From contig CM022677.1 of NCBI GenBank assembly GCA_012295275.1, positions 26,908,001-26,972,000 of the forward strand: a stretch of DNA of 64,000 nucleotides. The letters run 5' to 3'. A program made the position numbers and the translations under genes. The notes beneath the pieces are model-generated. The model was not told where the DNA came from. It was given only the letters and a program-made list of their open reading frames with translations, and ran no database searches. Every line of letters starts with the position of its first letter. The first letter of the stretch is position 1. Shown here piece after piece: positions 57,521 through 64,000 of this stretch. This stretch comes from Chrysomallon squamiferum (taxonomy: Eukaryota > Animalia > Mollusca).

Positions 57521-57767
57521 CTGAAATTAAACCTTTCATTGATTAATAATATGTACTTCATAGTAGAAAAACAAGAAGTTAAATACGTCAGTAAGTGAAT
57601 AATAATCATCATCATCATATTATTGTTGTTGTTGTTGTTGTTGTGGTAATGGTGGTGGCGGCGGTGACGTTGTTATTGTTATGTATTATGAAATGACGGG
57701 GAAAAAAATATCTGTACAAATAATCGAAGCAGAAATGCTAAACAGAAGAAACATTAAAACAACAACA

Positions 57768-57813
<46 letters not shown>

Positions 57814-57839
57814 GTATTAAATCAATGAAATTTACTCAC

Positions 57840-57894
57840 CAAAGATTTTGAAATAATAAGCTAATTTTTCTTTCTGAAACTCCGATAGAGCCAT
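57840..57894 (-). CDS. SCP-B first coding exon
   Basis: 55 nt, MALSEFQKEKLAYYFKIF-G|gtgagt. The six exons total 708 nt (235 aa). Confidence 0.88.
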
Positions 57895-58222
57895 TTGGAA
57901 ATAAGCACACAGGTATAAAAGTTCTGCTTTAAAGTGAAAGTGAAATGAATAACTGAGTTCTGATAAGCATGCTTCTTTCTTCTTTTGTGTTACCCACACG
58001 GGGAGCATGAGCACAAATGACGACCTTTGCCCAGTTGATATTTGCATCTAAACAAGGGAGACAACAGCGATCTCGACTTTGTGCTCAGGCTGAATAGGGT
58101 TAGTGATCTTGGTTTATAGATTTATGTTTTTCATGACTTGTGATCCAGAGACCGATTGAGAGAAAGACAGAGATAGAGAGCGATAGAAAAATAGCTTCAG
58201 AGAGAGAGAAAGAGAGAAATAG

Positions 58223-58285
<63 letters not shown>

Positions 58286-58852
58286 GGCTGAAAGTGAGCA
58301 AACTTACTGAAATGAAGTCGCCGGACCTTCTCACTCTATCGACTGGAAAGCTATTCATCCGTCCAAACATCCATCCAATCACTGTCTCTATATCTCTGTC
58401 AAGCTGGATTTTCTATATGTACCGAGTATTTCCATATTGTATTGCTATCAGTCAGAATCTATCATTGTTACTGAATGCTTAACATCCTGTATAACTGAAG
58501 GTGCAGTTTCCAGTATACAATGACTTTATAAGATTTAACATGAATTTGTGTTTTGAACAACCTTAAAATAATGGAATGACGTCAGGCATGAACCTTAATA
58601 ATTATACAGCGTCAGGTGCAAGAACAGGTAATATCTCAGTATTAATTATTACAGAGAAAGCTTAGTCTGTGAAATTGAAAGCTGCCACTACCGATGTTTC
58701 CGTCCAGAGAACGGGCAAGTCTTCATACAGCATTAGCAAAGGTATCCATCCAAAGTTGTGGAGGTATTTACAGAACGATAAACATTCATGCTATTAAAAA
58801 TACTAAAACTTTACTTTAACTGAAATGGACGCACTCTGTACACGACACAATG

Positions 58853-58893
<41 letters not shown>

Positions 58894-59281
58894 TTCAAAT
58901 AATATAATAATAATAACAATAACAATAATAATAATAAGACAAAAAATAAAAAATAAAAAATAAAAAATAAAAAAATAAAAAAATAAAAAAAATAAAAATA
59001 AATAAAGAAAAAATAGAAAAAGAAAAGAAAAATGGATTTACTTCACTTGTCGTATTATTCCGATTGCTACGTGCAAAAAAGAACAGATAACATTACACTG
59101 TTTCGCTTAAGAAAAAGGGGGGGGGGGAAGAAAGAGGAAAAGATAAAAAAGAATGAAACAAAATAATTCCACTTTTCTTTCATTTAGATTATCATTGGAG
59201 CTATTTTATTACTGCAGTCGTCATGCACCCCATATTTATGTCATTCGTTAGGAATTTTTATTTAACGATTTTGTTGTTTTG

Positions 59282-59325
<44 letters not shown>

Positions 59326-60083
59326 TCTCTGAGTTTTCTTAACTGTTTTTTTTTTTCCTTCCTATTTTCTATCCTTCTTTTTGTTTATTTATTTATTTAT
59401 TTTTTTGACTGGTTGAGGTCATAAAAATATTGTGTTTTATTTTATTTATTTATTTTTTTTTTTTTAATTTTCTGTGCCCTTGTACACTCGTTTTATAAAA
59501 TGGCGAGATTGTTCTTAACCGGCGGCGATTCTAATTTAGTGAGACAGTCAGAACTTGAAAACTAATTACTATGATTTTCGGGTTTGTAGAAGTAATTGTT
59601 TTCAGAAGAAAATTTGAATCAGGAATAATGCAACTTTCCAGTCGAAAATTTGTTACGCCTCTTCCGCGGCGTTGACTGGTTCACTAAATACGTTATTAAA
59701 AGCGCGAAGCTGTCGTCTGCTATTACAGTGAAATTAGGTCATAGTTATTAATTAATAACTATATCATTTTAAAAAGTGACGTGTTCTTAATACTTTTTGT
59801 TCCGAACAAAAGGACAGTGAATATTCTTGTCTAAGAAAATGACATTAACACCACATTGAATGTTAACATTGAATGCTCGGTACTTTCATTAGTAGTATTA
59901 TCATTTGACCAATGTCAAGAAATTTATAATAACAGAGGACTATCTGGATAATTCTGGATTATCGCGTTTTTGTTTCTTGGGCGTTTTCACAGATCTAATT
60001 ATTGGAATTCATTAAATTGGTTTATTTTAATATTATTATGTTCACTATTTCCGGAAGATGTTAAATGGTTTGGTCCTTGCCAA

Positions 60084-60145
<62 letters not shown>

Positions 60146-60502
60146 TAACGATAATAATAATAATAAATCAATAAGTAAATAATACCAATAAATAAAACAA
60201 AAATGAAAACAAAAACACTTTATTAATTTTAGATTAAAAAAATGAAGATTATTCAATGGATAATTACCTTTTGGAGAATATCTGATGTCAATGGTTTGTA
60301 GTCTTTTAATATCTATCTTTATACAAATGCAGTTTCTGTTTTGTAATTGAAAAAAAAAATTATTTATAGAAATTATATTTCTAACAGTTATAAACAGTAT
60401 TATATGTACAAATCTAACAGATAATATAGATTTATTTATTATTATTATCAATTTGTATAAAGCAAATTGATCAGTAATTTTTATAATTTGTATTTATGGC
60501 AG

Positions 60503-60649
60503 GTTGTGCTGCAGGCTTCTACGGACTAAGCTGTTTGTTGAAATGCTCAGACAGACACTGTAAAAGTAAATTTGCTTCATGTCCCAGTGTAACTGGTTCA
60601 TGTGGTCAACCTTGTAAATCTGGCTGGACAGGAGTGGACTGTGCTAAAT
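60503..60649 (+). CDS. EGF-like (MEGF/SREC-type) exon of an EGF + TSP1 repeat protein
   Basis: 147 nt, phase 1-1. Encodes CAAGFYGLSCLLKCSDRHCKSKFASCPSVTGSCGQPCKSGWTGVDCAK. Confidence 0.85.
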
Positions 60650-60805
60650 GTATGTAAGTTGGAAATGTATTCATTTTTACACAGTACCATATCTAACAAT
60701 ATTTTGTTGTTGTATTATGGTTGTCAAGGAATTAAAAATTGCCTATATTGAAGGAAAACATTTTTCATTTAATTTTTTTCAGGAATATTGTCTGTAATTA
60801 TAACA

Positions 60806-60861
<56 letters not shown>

Positions 60862-60871
60862 CAACAATAAT

Positions 60872-60916
<45 letters not shown>

Positions 60917-60958
60917 AAGAACAACAACAACAAAACTATGAACAAAAACAAGATTATA

Positions 60959-61004
<46 letters not shown>

Positions 61005-61336
61005 CATAATTTTTTTAGATTTATTCCTATGTTTTAAAGTCCATTCTTCATTAGTTTTTTAAAAAAGACATCCCCATCTTGATGTATTTTATTCATGTGT
61101 CTCCAAATAAATCTTTCTTTAATACATAATTAATTTAAACAATATTTTTAATCTTTTGTTTTTATACTTGGTTTTAAAATCATATTTAAGAAAATGTAAA
61201 TCATTTTGTCAGTGAAATATTCAGTTGATAATGATCATTACTGAAAACTGGGCAGAAGAACAACAAGTCAGCCCCATTCCAGAAGTTATAATTGTTTCTG
61301 TAGTTTCTGTTGTTACAGATAATTAAACTGTTTCAG

Positions 61337-61537
61337 ATGCTGGCACTGTTGTTACTGCATACTGGACAGACTGGACAGTCAGCTCCGGTGGTGAATGCAG
61401 CAGGACCTGTGGCACAGGAATTTCCTGGACTAAGAAAGTGCGCCACTGTGTGCACACTGGCCATCTCCTCCACAGGTGCCAAGGAAAACAGACACAGTCA
61501 ATAACGAAAGTTTGTTTTCATTCAAATTCATGTCCAA
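61337..61537 (+). CDS. Thrombospondin type-1 repeat exon 1
   Basis: 201 nt, phase 1-1. Encodes AYWTDWTVSSGGECSRTCGTGISWTKKVRHC...CQG...CFHSNSCP (WxxW, CSxTCG). Confidence 0.88.
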
Positions 61538-62012
61538 GTAAATCAGTTTGAATTGCTCTTTTTGTTCATATTATTATTATTATTATTGTTATTATTCTTA
61601 GTAGTAGTAGCAGTAGTACTACTAGTTGTAGTAATAGTAGTGGTAGTAGTAGTCTTCATCTGGATTCCCTGGTTCAGATTGTTGTGCGTATTTGTTTGTG
61701 TTGTGTGTTTGTGTGTGTGTGTGTGTGTGTCTCTCTCTCTGTAATATATATATTCCTCACTGTCCTCTGCTACTGGTGTAAGTGTATGTGTGTGTGTGTA
61801 CATGCAGTTCTTTATAGTAAGAACATTCCAGAAAGGTGACAACAGGTTACATGTCAGTTAGTTATTATACTAGATCATCCCAAATTATGTTGAAAGTGTT
61901 ACTAAAACTAAATTTTAGTCTTTCTCTACTTGCTTATATTCATGTTAAATTGAAACAAACAAATTTTACTTTTCTTCTTATTTTCAATTGAAATTCATTT
62001 TTAATATTTCAG

Positions 62013-62195
62013 CTAAAACAGCATGGAGTAATTGGGTTATAGCCAGAACTAGTAAGTGTATTGGTGTCTGTGGATTTGGAAAAAAAACAATAACTTACCA
62101 ACGTGGCTGTGGGAATGAGAAACTAAGAAACACATGTATAGGAGAGACCAAAAAATACAGAGTATATCTGTGTGATACATCTGTTAAATGTCCTG
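62013..62195 (+). CDS. Thrombospondin type-1 repeat exon 2
   Basis: 183 nt, phase 1-1. Encodes AWSNWVIARTSKCIGVCGFG...RGCGNEKLRNTCIG...CDTSVKCP. Confidence 0.86.
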
Positions 62196-63671
62196 GTAAG
62201 ACAATTTTAGTATTTTTATCTTCATATTATTATTATTATCATAACTGATTAACAATTTTAATCATGTCAGATGTAATTATTTTATAATAATGTTCACATA
62301 AGAAATATCAGGTTCACATTTTACAAAGGCACCAATGGCAGGTGTCATGCCTGCCCTTCATACTTGCCTTAGTGCCTCAAAATTTTGAGACCATTCCCAT
62401 AAATACCACAGATTTACTGCCCATGTCAAATAGGTATTTATTTGTTTAAACTAGATAGAATAGAGAAAAAAATAAAATAAAGCAAAGCGTCAGAGCTAAG
62501 TTTGGAGGTAGCAAATGTGAAGCAAGGCTGTCAAGTTATTTCAGGTATGACTGATTCAAATAAATGTAGTTTTGTTTAGTTATTGGCCATACTACAACTG
62601 CTGAGCTGTATCAAGCTAAAAGTCTGGCATACTGGCCATGCAATTTGTACGACATCTGAATGAATGTCAGTGTGTCACATGATGTTTGATTGAATGCAAT
62701 GGAATAATGCACTTCTGAAGGTGATCCGTTCAGAATATTGAACCCAAATGATCATAATGCTAATTATGCTAATGATAATAATATTTACATGTTGTGGTTA
62801 ATTGTGCTTTCACTCATAATTTTTTATATTGGCTTAGGCAATTAAAGAAAATTGCTCTCGTAGCAAAATTATGATAAAGTGATATGATTGGTATATTTGG
62901 AAGGTGTATTGGATGTGTGTTTATACAAGGCTAGCTCAGAGAGGTTGACAATGGTTTATTAATAATTACATTTTTGAGAAAATGTATTCATTCTCAGTAG
63001 ACTTTCAAATCTGAAGAGAATTAGTAGTATTGTATCTGACTAATCAACTATATTATAGCACTTGTAAGTTAACAGCTTACAAGTTCTGCTCAGTGGAGAC
63101 TGTTAGTTATTTCTGTTAATGTGACATTTGAGTGTGTTATTACTTTTTTGAATTATCATACTGGTAATTATTTGCATCTCTATCAATATGTATCTGTGTT
63201 ACAATCAGTCCTAGTCTTTCAGTAGCAAAATTGCTTCTGTGAAAACTTGATTAAAATTGACTTGTCTTGGTGCCCTAACATTTCTGATTAAACACAAAGC
63301 AAGTTGCCTTGCTCAAGACAAAATTAAAATTCTATCCCTGAAAACTGCTACCTATTTTTCTGACTAAAATTACAATAAGAAATATTGCACCATTTAATTA
63401 TGTGATTTCACAGGTCAAGAAAAACATGAATGATAATCTTTGATAAATCAGTTGTAATTTAAGTGGATGGAATAAAAAATACGTGCTCTCTCATTTCAGA
63501 TATGACATTAATGAACTTATCTGTGTTTTTCTGCTTTAATCATTTAGTTGTTTACTTTAATCATTCAATGATTTACTTTAGTCATTCAGTGATTTATTTT
63601 AATCATTTAGTTGTTTAATTTAATCATTCAGTGGTTTACTTTAGTCATTTAACTTTTCTCAATTTCACCAG

Positions 63672-63863
63672 TGAATGGAGGCTGGGGTCTTTGGAAGAAA
63701 ACAAGTACAGGAAAATGCAGTCACACTTGTGGTGTAGGAAGTCAAAAAGTTGTCTATAAACGTTTCTGTAAAAGTCCTTCTCCTCTGTATGGTGGACACA
63801 CTTGCATTGGAAACTCAATACATATTTTCAATGAAGCATGCAATGTACTCACTAAATGTCCAG
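63672..63863 (+). CDS. Thrombospondin type-1 repeat exon 3 (gene continues beyond the window)
   Basis: 192 nt, phase 1-1. Encodes VNGGWGLWKKTSTGKCSHTCGVGSQKVVYKRFCKSPSPLYGGHTCIG...CNVLTKCP. Confidence 0.9.
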
Positions 63864-64000
63864 GTAAAAATATAATGTGAAAAGTGTTTTTGATTGTTAT
63901 TTGGACTGACATTACAAGTTATAAAAGTACTTCTAATTCAGCGAACAAATATTATAACATATGATTTATGTTTTATGTTTGTAATGGATAAACTTTGATA

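Noticed and set aside
59993-60067. Hydrophobic stretch NWFILILLCSLF as the signal-peptide exon of the EGF/TSP1 gene
   Set aside because: The only nearby GT (aaatg|gtttgg) gives phase 2 in that frame, incompatible with the phase-1 EGF exon, so I cannot support it without cDNA.

Overview
AT-rich, microsatellite-dense, intron-containing animal genomic DNA. The gene content is typical of a lophotrochozoan, probably a mollusc; that assignment is inference. I reconstructed by hand, from GT/AG boundaries and exon phases: (1) three paralogous PAN/apple + C-type lectin (CTL) genes. CTL1 is on the minus strand at ~1455-9672 and is damaged or mis-assembled, CTL2 is on the plus strand at 19969-23213 and intact (~216 aa), and CTL3 is on the minus strand at 35090-38996 and intact. 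(2) Two tandem EF-hand sarcoplasmic Ca-binding/calexcitin-like genes on the minus strand: SCP-A at 43476-47187, with two duplicated alternative first coding exons, and SCP-B at 54145-57894. (3) The 5' part of an EGF-like + thrombospondin type-1 repeat gene on the plus strand from 60503 to the window end. The most striking observation is that in all three lectin paralogs the homologous junction (3' end of the PAN exon plus its 5' splice site) has been independently tandem-amplified: 44 bp x ~94 in CTL1, 47 bp x 2 in CTL2 and 28 bp x ~35 in CTL3. A further 44 bp x 5 array sits at the next donor of CTL2. These satellites are therefore arrays of splice donors. Most long ORFs in the supplied track are translations of simple repeats.
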